From Squalus acanthias (Eukaryota): DNA of 64,000 nucleotides. The notes beneath the pieces were generated by a model that saw only the letters and a list, made by a program, of their open reading frames with translations, made no database searches and was not told the origin of the DNA. A program made the translations under genes and the position numbers. Positions 24,876 to 36,964 of this stretch are shown here, piece after piece. Numbering within the stretch: position 1 is the first letter of the stretch; each line of letters starts with the position of its first letter. The stretch covers positions 930,001 to 994,000 of the forward strand of contig JASTWF010000070.1 in assembly GCA_030390025.1 (NCBI GenBank), read 5' to 3'.

Positions 24876-27287
24876 TTCTATAAGAGTCCGGAACTTTTAT
24901 TACGATTCATATTTTTTTAGAATTGCGAGTTAGATTCTGATCAGCTTTAAATGTTGCGGCGATGATAATTGAGCCGGGTCTGTTACCAGGTATTGAAGAG
25001 CTCACTGAATAAAGGGAGGACATTATACACGGGCTGGGAATTAATGTAGTGAGTCTGCCCAACAATATTGTAAATGGTTTACAAAGAATTACACAGAATA
25101 TACAGCACAGAATCAGGCCATTCGGACCAACCAGTCCATGCCGGTGTTTATGCTCCACTCGAGCCTTCTCCCATCCTTCCTCATCTAACTCTATCAGCAT
25201 AACCCTCTATTCCCTTCTCCCTCATGTGCTTATCCAGCCTCCCCTTAAATGCATCTATACTATTCGCCCCAGCACTCCCTGTGGTAGCGAGTTCCACATT
25301 CTCACCACTCTCTGGGTAAAGAAGTTTCTCCTGAATTCCCTATTTGATTTCTTTGGTGACTATCTTATATTGATGGCTCCTAGTTTTGCTCTTCCCCAGA
25401 AGTCGAAACATTCTCTCTGTGTCTACTCTATCAAAGCGTTTCGTAATTATAAAGACCTCTATTCGGCCAACCCTCCGCCTTCTCTTTTCCCCGGTTTGAT
25501 GAAGGGTTTTCAGAGTTCGATATTTCTAGTGAAAGGGGGAGCAATGATTGTAAAAGAATCTTGCTACAGAGGCAAGTAATGATTCACTTTCTCGCGGGTG
25601 AACTGATTTCTCTCTCGGGATCAGGTCTGTCTCGCTGTTCCCGGAGCGATTCGTTCAAACCTGGGAGGTAGCGGGACCCGACAGATCAACCCAGGAGAAT
25701 CGGCGCTATCCCCGGGGGGACACTGGACAGGGAGAGTCAGCAGACACAGCCTGGGGGAGGGAGAGGGTCAGCAGCAACTGAATGAAGTGGAGAGAAAGCT
25801 CCCTTCAACAAGCATCACCCAGTCTCACTCACACACACGGCGCTGGTCAGTAATTGTCATTGCGCCGCTCCATGGTAAAGCGGCGGTTCTGCTCTATAAA
25901 CAGCGGGGAGATTGCAAATAATGACCTGAGACAGATTAAATATCGCAGCACGAAATTCTCAATAAAACCAGTCCCGGCAAACGAATATAATCCCGATTAT
26001 TCCCGGTGTTGCTGGCGACAGGGAGTTGATCCAACCGGTTGTGTGCTGGGACAGCGGGTCGCGGGTGGGTCCTCTCTCTCTCCAAGCCCAGAGCCGGACA
26101 CCCGACGGCTGCGGTCAGGGGGACAATACGCCACAGGAATAAAACCAGCAGCAACATTGAAAGTTGTAAATGACGGTAAACGGGTTGGGATTCCCCGGGA
26201 TCTCTCCCGGCGGCTCCGAGCAATCTATATAAAATCGGGCGGTGCCGACTCTGGACAATAGGAATAATTCCACATACACATAAAGAAGTAAGGGACAGTA
26301 TAGAATCATACAGCACAGAAGGAGGCCATTCGACCCATCGTGCCAGTGCCGGCCCTTTGAAAGAGCTCTCCAATTCGTCCCACTCCCCTGCTCTATCCGC
26401 GGGGCCCTGCAATGTTCTCTTGTTCAAGTCTCAGTGTAACATAGTGACATATGCAGTGTCCACTGTCAGAACTACACAGTGCAGCTCAGAACTTTCCTCT
26501 CTCTCTCTCTCTGTCTCTGTCTCTTGCCGCACCCGAATGATACCGGCGCTTAGAGGGTTAAATTACGAGGACGGGTTGCAGAAACTTGTCCTGTATTCCC
26601 TTGAGGTTAGAAGATTCAGAGTTGATCTGATCGAGGTGTTTAAAATGTGAAAAAGGATTCGATCGGGTCAACACAGAGAAACGATTTCCTCCGGTCGGGG
26701 AATCAAGAACCAGGGGAGATCAACTTAAAATTAGAGCCCGGCCATTGAGGAGGGAAGCACTTTTTCACACAGTCTCGAGTGGCAGAATGGCCTCCTACTG
26801 TTCCTATGTCGCTGTGTTATCAATCAGTGCCACTCGAAGGACATTCAGCCCATCGTGCCAGTGCCGGCTCTTTGAATAGAGCTCTCCAATTATTCCCACT
26901 ACCCTGCACTTTCCCTAAAGCTCTGTATTTTTCCTTTTCAAGTATTTATCCAATTCCTTTTTGAAAGTTACTATTCAATCTGCTTCCACCGCCCTTTCAG
27001 GCAGCGCGTTCCAGATCACAACAACTCGCTGCGTAAAAAGAACACTTCTCCTCATCTCCCCTATTGAATGGGAGCAGGAAATGGTGTCAAACTTCATTTC
27101 AGCGCAGTATTATTCCCCGCTGCGCTTCAACAATTCCAATTCTGACCAGTTTAACATTTTTTGGGTATAAATAGATCCAACATCAAAATTCACTGAATCG
27201 AGATTTCTCTGGCGCCCGGGAATGAAAGCGACTGTAAATTAATAATAATTGAAACAATGTGAATGATAGAATGAGAGAGTCACTTAC

Positions 27288-27640
27288 TCTTTACACTCAG
27301 GGCGGTCCCCGGTCCGAAGAAGTATCCCGTGTCCCACACAGCACAGCAATACACGGCGGAGTCACCGGGCACCAGGGTTCCGATGGTCAGAATGTAACTG
27401 TTACCGGAGGCGTTCTGGAAGATTGAAAACGGTCTGTGAAGCCGGAGCCACGGTAGATGGTGCCATCATGCTTGTGATATATCAAATACACCGGAGCTTC
27501 CCCGGGTCGATGTCGGAACCATTCCACGCTTTTGCTGCCCACAGCCCCGTTCTCCATCGCACACTGTAGCCGGGCGGTCTGACCCGCGGAGACAGGATCG
27601 GATATTGGGGACTGATTGAGGACGGGAGCCGCCATGACAC
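27288..27640 (-). pseudogene. Ig light chain pre-joined VJ exon with FR3 frameshift
   Basis: ORF 27387-27635 stops early. The rest of the V and J continue in the shifted frame (TCC AGA AC GCC, where GAC is expected). YYC reads YCC. Confidence 0.85.
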
Positions 27641-27950
27641 CTTCAATAAAAGAAAAAAGTCAACCCATTCAGAGACTTGGAGCTAATAGGACGTTAATGC
27701 GTCAATAAACACGGAGAGAAAACCGCTCGATATTGAACCGATTTAGATGCGGATAAACCCGTGACTAAAACCATCCGTCTGTCACCTGTTAAATGGATCA
27801 GCAGAGCCCACAGGAGATGCATCGCTGGAGCCATTTCCTCCGGAGAAGCTCCAAAAGCCACCGCTCAAATTTCCGACTGAACCGTGCGCTGTTCCTGTAA
27901 ACTCCGGGACCCGGTCCGGTTACAGTGTCTGCAAACCCGAGACTCCGGGT

Positions 27951-27974
27951 CTATTTATTACCCGGTAAGCAAAT
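27951..27974 (-). promoter_or_regulatory. IgL promoter: octamer variant ATTTGCTT plus TATA-like TAATAAATAG
   Basis: About 120-140 nt upstream of the leader ATG, in light-chain orientation; one mismatch to ATTTGCAT. Confidence 0.55.
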
Positions 27975-29299
27975 GGCTGGGAGGGGCCAGGAAAAGGAAG
28001 GAGGCAGATTTTCAATTAGGGATTTTTATATAAATCAATTTGTGCCTGATTAAAATATTAGAATCTTCAACCTTTCATTTAAAAATGTTTAAACTCCAAT
28101 TGGAGTATCTGCTAAAAAAAAGTTCCAAGATTCCAAGATTTTTGCGTTTAATGAATATTTAGTCTGTGTTCTACCCCAGAAAAATGAGGGGCGGATTGTA
28201 GAGATACGGATCAGCTGATGCACTTCGGCCGGAATCGTTCTGATGACGCGCTGTTATTCTTGGATATAGTGCATCAGATTTTAAAATAATCTTTTCCCCC
28301 TAAAATAAATATTTCATAATAGACTGACGTCCCTTTCTCTAAATCAGCAGCAAGACAAGCCTGAATTTGTCAATCCCTTTAAAATTGAGTTTTCAATTGA
28401 TAAATATGATTTGGGCTTCAGTCTGTAAATACATTTCTGATGAGAATATTCCTCAGGCGGAGTAAAGAGCGAATTAGATGAAGGAGAAAGAGGGGAAGAA
28501 AGCGGCATTTTACACCCTGCTCCGGATTAAAGAGAAGTTGTTCTATTATAGTCTGACTCGCCCCCTTTAAAACTCAAGAGGAAAAATAAAACTCTGCACA
28601 ATATTAACAACATGACACCTTGCCTTTAATTTGCTGCGGGTCCGATTAATGCGCGCAGTTCCCATTTTAAACACTGTTCCAGTTGAATTATTAAGCGGCG
28701 GGGTCAGTTGTTTCTGGGGCTCTGTGATGTTGAACACTTCCCCTGTTTGGAGTCAATCCCTAATTCCCCACACTGAGTCCTGGTTCATGTTTGAAAAGTC
28801 AGATTGGAACTGGTTGGTGTTAGTTACTTGAGGGCGAAAGAAAATGCATTAAATTGTTAATAAATGTGTTGGCTCGAGATATTAGCGTCAAAGGAATAAT
28901 ATTTTTTGTTTCATAAATAAATATCTGAATTGTGTAACTGTGAAGTTAGATATGTTCCTGTTTCTTAGAAAATCACACAGAGGGGCCGGAGGGATTCTCG
29001 CCCCTGGGAGTAGCCGGCACTGAATTCGGGCAGGGATTGGTTCTCACCTGGACAAGGGGCTTTTCGGTGAAGCCCAGGTGCTTGGTTCTGTTTCTGCGCT
29101 TGAACTGATCACTGATTCCTCTGGTCTGTTAAAATTATTAAAGGGGCTTTGGTGCTGTGACTGGAGCTGCTCTCTCAAACTTGCACAGGGAGCAAGAGCT
29201 TTTGTCACTGCTGACAGTGAAACGGTTGACTGGAGAACCAATCATTGCAGAGCACTAGCCACACAGCGCACTGCACCTTGGGAACTGTAGTTCCACATA

Positions 29300-31395
29300 G
29301 AATGCAACAGTTATCCATTCCTTTCTGGCGAAAATACACAAAAGGAAAAGCGGCCCAACCATGGCGAACAAATGAAATTAAGGACAGTATTAGATCAAAA
29401 GAGGAGTCATATAAAGTTGCCAGAAAAAGTAGCAAGGCTGAGGATTGGGAACATTTTAGAATTCAGCAAAAAAGGACCAAGAGATTGATTAAGAGGGGAA
29501 AAATAGAGTATGAGAGTAAAATTGCAAGTTACATAAAAGCGGACTGTAAAAGCTTCTACAGTTATGTAAAAATAAAAAAGATTAGTGGAGAAAAATTTAG
29601 GTCCCTTACAGTCAGAAACGGGAGAATTTATAATGAGTAACAAGGAAATGGAAAGCAATTAAACAAATACTTTTGTTCTGTCTTCACGGAAGAGGACACA
29701 AATAACTTCCCAGAAATGCTAGGGAACGAAGGGTTTCGTCAGAAGGAGGAATTAGAGGAAGTTAGTATTCGTAAAATATTAGCGCTGGGGAAATTAACGG
29801 GACTGAAAGCTGATAAATCTCCAGGGCCTGATAATTTGCATCCCAGAGTACTAAAAGAGGTAGCCATGGAAATAGTGGATGCATTGTTTGTCATCTTCCC
29901 CAATTCTATAGATTATGGAACAGTTCCTGCAGATTGGAGGGTGGCAAATGTAACCCCACTATTTAAAAAGGAGAGAGAGAGAAAACAGGGAACTACAGAC
30001 CGGTTAGCCTAACATCAGTAGTAGGGAAAATGCTAGAGTCTGTTATAAAGAATGTGATAACAGCACACTTAGAAAATATCAATGGGATTAGACAAAGTCA
30101 ACATCGATTTATGAAAGGGAAATCGTGTTTGACAAACCTACTGGAGTTTTTTGAGGATGTAACTGGTAGAATAGATTAGGGAAAACCAGTGGATGTGGTG
30201 TATTTGGATTTTCAGAAGGCCTTTGATAAAGTCTCACATAAGAGCTAATGTGTGCAGAATTAAAGCACGTGCGATTAGAGGTAATATACTGGCATGGATA
30301 GAAAATTGGTTAACAGAGAGGAATCAGAGAGTAGGAATAAATGGGTCTTTTTCGGGGAGGCAGGCAGTGACTAGTGGGGTACCGCAGGGATCAGTGCTTG
30401 CGCTCCAGCTATTCACAATATATATCAATGATTTGGATGAGGGAATCAAATGTAATATTTCCAAGTATGCTGACGACACGAAACTAGGTGGGATTGTGAG
30501 TTGTGAGGAGGATGCAAAGAGGCTTCAAGGCGATTTGGACAAGTTGAGTGAGTGGGCAAATACATGGCAGATGCAGGTGGATAAATGTGAAGTTATCCAC
30601 TTCGGTAGGAAAAACAGAAAGGCAGAGTATTATTTAAATGGTGATAGATTGGGAAATGTTGATGTACAAAGGGACCTGGATGTCCTTGTACACCAGTCAC
30701 TGAAAGCAAACATGCAGGTACAGCAAGCAGTTAGAAATGGAAATGGTATGTTGGCCTTCATTGCAAGCGGATTTGAGTAAAGGAACAAGGATGTCTTACT
30801 ACAGTTAGACAGGGCCTTGGTGAGACGACGCCTGGACTCCTGTGTGCAGTTTTGGTCTCTTGCCTAAGAAAGGATATACTTGCCATAGAGGGAGTGCAGC
30901 GAAGGTTCACCAGACTGATTCATGGGATGGCAGGACTGTCGTTTGAGAAGAGATTGGGTCGACTAGGCCTGTATTCACCAGAGTTTGAAGAATGAGAGGG
31001 GATCTCATTGAAACGTATACAATTCTGACAGGACTAGACAGACTGGATGCAGGGAGGATGTTTCCCCTGGCTGGGAGGTCTAGAACGAGGGGTCACAGTC
31101 TCAGGATACGGGATAGGACATTTAGGACTGAGATGAGGAGAAATGTCTTCACTCCGAGGGTGATGAACCTGTGGAATTCTCTACCACAGACAGCTGTGGA
31201 GGCCAAGTCACTGAATATACTTAAGCAGGAAATAGATGATTTCTAGACACAAAAGGCATTAAGGGGTATGGGGTGAGAGCGGGAATATGGTATTGAGATA
31301 GAGGATCAGAGATGATCATATTGAATGGCAGAGCACGCTCGAGGGGCCGAATGGCCTACTCCTGCGACTATTTTTCTATGTTCCTATGTTTCTAT
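29300..31395 (+). mobile_element. CR1 LINE, 5'-truncated, degenerate RT
   Basis: ORFs 29716-30012 and 30193-30780 (YADDTKL); same family as 9735-11856. Confidence 0.95.
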
Positions 31396-31440
31396 GGCGT
31401 TTAGACAATCAGCGCATCTATTGACACCAATGTGTCACAT

Positions 31441-32375
31441 CTATCTCACCACCACCTCTTTTGACCCATCCACTGTCTCTAAATTGTCACACTGCTTGTC
31501 CAACATCCAGCACTGGATGAGCAGAAATGTACACCAACTAAATATTGGGAAGACCGAAGCCACTGTCTTTTGTCCCCGGCACAAATTCCGCTCCCTTGCC
31601 ATGGACTCCATCCTACTCCCTGGTAGAACCAGACTGTTCACAACCTTTTTGTCATATCTGACCCTGAGATGATCTTCGGACCACATATCTGCACCATAAC
31701 TAAGACTGCCTATTTCCACCTCTGTAACATCGCCCATCCCCGGCCTTGCCTCAGCTCAGCTGCGGCTGAAACCCTCATCCATACCTTTGTGACCTCTAGA
31801 CTTGACTATTCCAAAGCACTTCTGGCCGGCCTCCTGCATTCCAGCCTACTTAAATTGAGGTCATCCGAAACTCGGCTGCCCGTGTCCTAATTCTAACCAA
31901 TACCTGTTCAATCATCACCGCTGTACTCGCTGACCTACATTGGCTCCCGTTTAGGCAACACCTCGATTTTAAATGTCTCATCCTTGTTTTCAAATTCCTC
32001 CACGTCCTCACTATCCCTATCTCTGTAATTTCCTCCAGTCCCACAATCCTCCGAGATATCTGTGCTCCTCTAATTCTGGCCTATTTGACATCCCCAATTA
32101 TAATCTCTCAACCATTGCCGGCTGTGCTTTCAGCTACCAGTGCCCTAAGCTCTGGAAATCCCTCCATAAACCTACCCACCTCCCTATCACTGTCTCCTCT
32201 TCTAACACGCTCCTTAAAACCTACCTTATTGAACAAGCTTTTGGTTATCTGCCCAAATAAATCGTTAGTTCTTACGTGTCTTGGAGTCATTTTTTTCTGA
32301 AAACGCTGCTGTGAAGCACCCTGCGACATTTATTACGTTAAAAGCGCTATATAAATACCAGTTCTTGCTGTTGTT
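31441..32375 (+). mobile_element. L2-clade LINE 3' fragment
   Basis: LNIGKTE and AETLIHTFVTSRLDY motifs; 3' end AAAGCGCTATATAAAT..GTTGTTG. Confidence 0.85.
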
Positions 32376-32711
32376 GGAGTTGGATCGGGACTTAAGGCAG
32401 GACTCACAGCAAACAGCCTATTTTACAGCAAACAAACTTTATTTGCTCAGCAAACAGAGTATATTTAAGCAGCGCAGTACAGCAAACAGTCTCCAGAGTC
32501 TATTTAAAAAGATTCTGTACGAACTACAGCAAATAGAATTCCTGACCCAAACTACAGCAACTCTCCCTCTCTCACTCTGTCTTTCTGATTCTCTCTTTCT
32601 CTGTCTCCCTTTCTTCCTCTCTCTGTCTCTCTCTCTTTCTCTTTCTCTCTGATAGCTCAGTGAACATGCGCAGGAAGTACAATGAGACATAGTTTACAAT
32701 TTTACTTTGAT

Positions 32712-33447
32712 AATGGCCCAGAAATTGATCTCGCTCTGTTCCCGCGTGGGTAAGCCTTCCCCGCGATGTCTCACCTCGCTTATGCTTTTTCTGATCCAGC
32801 TCGCACGAAATTGATGTTCCAGACATCAGCTGTGCTGGGCTTGCGTATCCCAGCGGCGTAGTTAATTCGTGCGAGCTGTGGGATCACGTGACTCAGTTAG
32901 AGCCAATGGCAGCACACCATCTTCCATTCATAAGTCTCACAGCACAGCTGTGAGACTTATGAATCTTACACCCCCCCAAAATAACAGCTAAACCTCAATT
33001 AAATAAAAAAAAAACCATCACATTAATAAAATAAGTATAGTTAATTAAATTAACCATTTTAAATAAAAAATTAAATTTTTGAAAAAATTTAAAATCTTTT
33101 AAAAAGTTATAAAAATAAACTTACCTGTCTTTAAAGTCTATAAAAAAGATATACCTGTAAAAAAAAATTCAAAAAAATACTTAATTCACTACTTACCTTC
33201 TTAAAAGCGGGTCTTACTCCTCCTTTTTACATTTCCAAAATCTTCCCTACTTACCTGCGCGTCCAAAGCATGAAGTGCACAGCGTGCGCGCAGCCTGTAG
33301 CGCGCACGCGATGCACTCAAGCCCCGCCCCCTTTTCGGAAGAGCAATTGCCGGTTTTCAGCGCATGCGCAGGGCATGCAGAAAAGTGGGAATACGCGAGA
33401 GTATGCAGTGCGTACTCTCGCGTCCCGGGATCAATTTTCGGCCCATT
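32712..33447. mobile_element. MITE / non-autonomous DNA transposon, copy 2
   Basis: ~19-bp TIRs AATGGCCCAGAAATTGATC ... GATCAATTTTCGGCCCATT. Confidence 0.82.
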
Positions 33448-36400
33448 GTGATTCACACACATCTAAAAACTTAATCATGATTCTAGAAACAAAAATTGGG
33501 GAATAAGCATTATTCAATAAAGCATTTTCGCGACAACAAATTTTTCAATTAAATGCAAGCAATGGTTTCACACAAAACCATCATGAATTAATAGAAAGGT
33601 GTGTTTCGATCATCAGGTAATGAATAATAAGCAGATCCATTAGATTTAAACCTCCCTTTCCAACTGCCAGTAATGCTAACTAACACATTTCAGAAGAAAA
33701 GATCTCTGGAAATTTCTCCTCTACTCCCTTACACAAGCAAACTCCAGCAGTACATGGTTACCAACAATTCCAGTCATACTTAAAATACCTTCGACTGACT
33801 GCAATGTGTCATTACTGGATATTTCTTAAATTGTGAAATAGAATAGATTGCTGCAACACTTTCTTTTGCACAAAGTGTAGGTTGTCTTTAAACACACACA
33901 TACAGATACCGGTATGCATTTATTTATTGTGGATTACCTTTTATTCACTAGAACAATTTTTAGAAAACTTCTCCCAGGTATCATCGGAGGGGTTCAGGCC
34001 TTCCCAAGGAAGGCCAGGTACTGGTCGGTTAAGTAGTGGATTTTCTGTCCTCAAATGGCCTTGTGGTTGATATTTCTGTTCGGAGAGCGTTCAATTCAGC
34101 AGTTACAGAATATAATTACCTCTCCTGCTCGCCTCTGATTCAGAAGGTTGTGGTTTCAAGTCGCACTCCAGAGGCTTGAGCACATAATCCAGGCTGACAA
34201 CCCAGTGCCAGTACTGAGGGAGCGCTGCACTGTCGGAGGTGCCGCCTTTCGGATGAAATGTTAAACCACGGCCCCATCTGCCCACTCAGGTGGACGTACA
34301 AGATCCCTCGGCACTATTTCGAAGAAGAGCTGGGGTTCACCTGGTTACAATTTATCCCTCAACCAACATCACTAAAACAAATTATCTGGAAACTATAACG
34401 TTGCTGTTTGTGGGAGCTTGCATTGCGCAATATGGCTGCAGCGTTTCCTACATTACAACAGTGACTGTACTTTAAAAGTACTGCCTTGTCTCTAAGCGTT
34501 TTGGGACATCCTGAAATCTGGACTGGGAGCTGGGCCCACAAACTTCCGAATCAAGAGGCGAGAGTGCTATCAACTGCACCACTGCTAACACCTCAACAAG
34601 CAGTGGTTTACTTATCCTAGTTCAGTGTGAATCACTACTGTACTCTGGGGAAGAACACGGTTTCCCAACCTTTTATTTCAGAAATATAACGGGCGTGAAC
34701 AAAACCTCTCAAGAAATAAGCCAAATTAATGTACCGTTAATCAATCAGTCCCGTTTACTTAATTAGTCTAAGGTAAAAGGGTCAGAATGCACCGTGCTCC
34801 GAATGGTGGGGCCTGGTTTTAATATGTACTGAATGGAAACTCGCGACACAGCGCCCCTATCAGCCAACATAAATATCTACTAAAATCAAGAACTTCTTTG
34901 AGGGACCTGCTGGCCAATTAGGAGGTAGGATGTTTGGCCACATATTTATCATATCCAGCATCAGCAATCCTCTTCTCATTCAAAAAATCATGACGGAATC
35001 TAAATGCAAAATAACAATCGATCAATTCCAGGAATGAGGGACTTCAGTTACGTGGATAGACTGGAGAAGCTGGGGTTGTTCTCCTCAGAGCAGAGAAGGT
35101 TGAGAGTAGATTTGATACAGGTGTTCAAAATCATGAGGGAACCAGACAGAGTAGATGGAGAGAAATTGTTCCCATTGGCGGAAGGGTCGAGAACCAGAGG
35201 ACAGAGATTTAAGGTGATTGGCAAAAGAAACAAAGCGACATAAGGAAAATGTTTTCTACGCAGCGAGTTGTTAGGATCTGGAATGCATTGCTTGAAAGGG
35301 TGGTGGAGGCTGACTCAATCATGGCTTTCGAAAGGGAGTTGGATAAGTTCCTGAAGGAAAAACTACGGGTAAAGGGCGGGAGAGTGGGACTAGCTGAAGT
35401 GCTCTTGCAGAGAGCCGGCACCGGCTCGATCGGCCGAATGGCCTCCTTCTGTGCTGTAACCATTCTATGATCCGATGATTCTAAACTTCGAGTGCATTGT
35501 TCTATTTTAGGAAAACTTTTTAAAATTTGCTTGCGGGAAGTTTACAACAAACTGGCCATTACCTGGTGCTACAGTCATAGTCATAGAGTCATAGAGTCAT
35601 ACGGCACAGAAGGAGGTCATTCGGCCTATCGAGTCCGTGCCGGCTCTCTGTAGAGCAATCCAGTCAGTCCCATTCCCCTGCTCTATCCCCATAGCTGTGC
35701 AAGTTTATTTCCCTCAAGTGCCTATCCAGTCTCCCCTTGAAAACATTGAGTGTCTCCGCTTCCACCACTTCCATCGGCAGCGAATTCCAGGTCCTCACCA
35801 CTCGCTGTATAAAACATTTTTCCCTCACATCCCCCTGTATCTCTTGCCCAAAACCTTAAATCTGTCTCCTCTAGTCCTTGTACCATCAACTAGTGGGAAC
35901 AGCCTTTCCCCATCTCGCCACCAGTCAAGGCAAAAAGTTCAGGAAAATGCGAGACCAGAAAGTCCTTGTTGTTTAATGTTAGTTGCATACTGCCATCGTA
36001 CTGATACACTGGATTATCTTTATAATACGCCAAGCGGTGTTTGAAAAAGCAATACCTTCTACATAAATCCTGGCAAGCGCAAAGCGATAGGAAAATAGGA
36101 AAAGGAGGAGGCCGTTCAATTAGATCACTGCTGATCTGTACCTTAACTCCATCTACCCGCCCTGGTTCCTTAACCCTTATTACCCTTACCCAACAAAAGT
36201 CTTTCAATCTCAGTTTTGAAATTTTCAAATGACCCCCAGCCTCAACGCTTTTGGGAGAGAGAGTTCCAGATTTCCACTGCACTTTTTGTGAAAAAGTGCT
36301 TCCTGACATCACCCCTGAACGGCCTGACTCTAATTTAAGATTATGCCCCCTTGTTCTGGACTCCGCCCACCAGATGAAATATTTTCTCTCTGTCGAAATG

Positions 36401-36964
36401 GAGTCAGCTGTGGCCGAGTTTCTAGCACCCTCGCTTTTGAGACTGAAGGTTGTAGGTTCAAGTCCCACTCCAGAGACACTTGAGCCCAAAAATCTGGGCT
36501 GACATTCCAGTGCAGTGTTGAGGGAGCGCTGCACTGTCAGAGCTGCCGTCTTTCAGATGAGGCCTTACACTGAGGCCCTGTCTGCCCTATTAGGTTGACG
36601 CAACAGATGCAATGACAATATTTCAAGGAAATGCAGGGGAGTTCACCCTGGAGTCCTGGCCAATATCTATCCCTCATCCAGAATCACTAAAAAGCATACG
36701 ATCTGGTCATTATGACATTGGTCTTTGTGGGAGGTTTGCTGTGTGCAAATTGTCTGTTGCGTTTCCTACATTACAACAGTGACTACACTTCAAAAAGTAC
36801 TTCATTGGCTGTAAAGCGCTTTGGGACGTCCAGTGTTGGTCAGAGGCGCTATATAAATGCAAGTCTTTTTATTTTCTATCAACTTCAATATTCTTAAGCT
36901 CCTTAGTTTGAGATAGCTTAGGTGTTTGTTGAGAGTCTCTGTGGCTTTACATTGAAGTTAAATT

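Larger units (their letters stand above)
22972..27834 (-). pseudogene. Cartilaginous-fish Ig light chain type I (sigma-cart/NS5), germline-joined L-VJ-C gene, frameshifted as assembled
   Basis: Leader 27786-27834 MAPAMHLLWALLIHLT. VJ exon 27288-27640 reads APVLNQSPISDPVSAGQTARLQCAMENG..GFTDRFQSSR, then a 1-nt deletion near 27414, then ASGNSYILTIGTLVPGDSAVYCCAVWDTGYFFGPGTALSVK, donor GTAAGT. C exon 22972-23300 is intact. The sequence matches my recollection of horn/nurse shark type I L chains. Confidence 0.85.
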
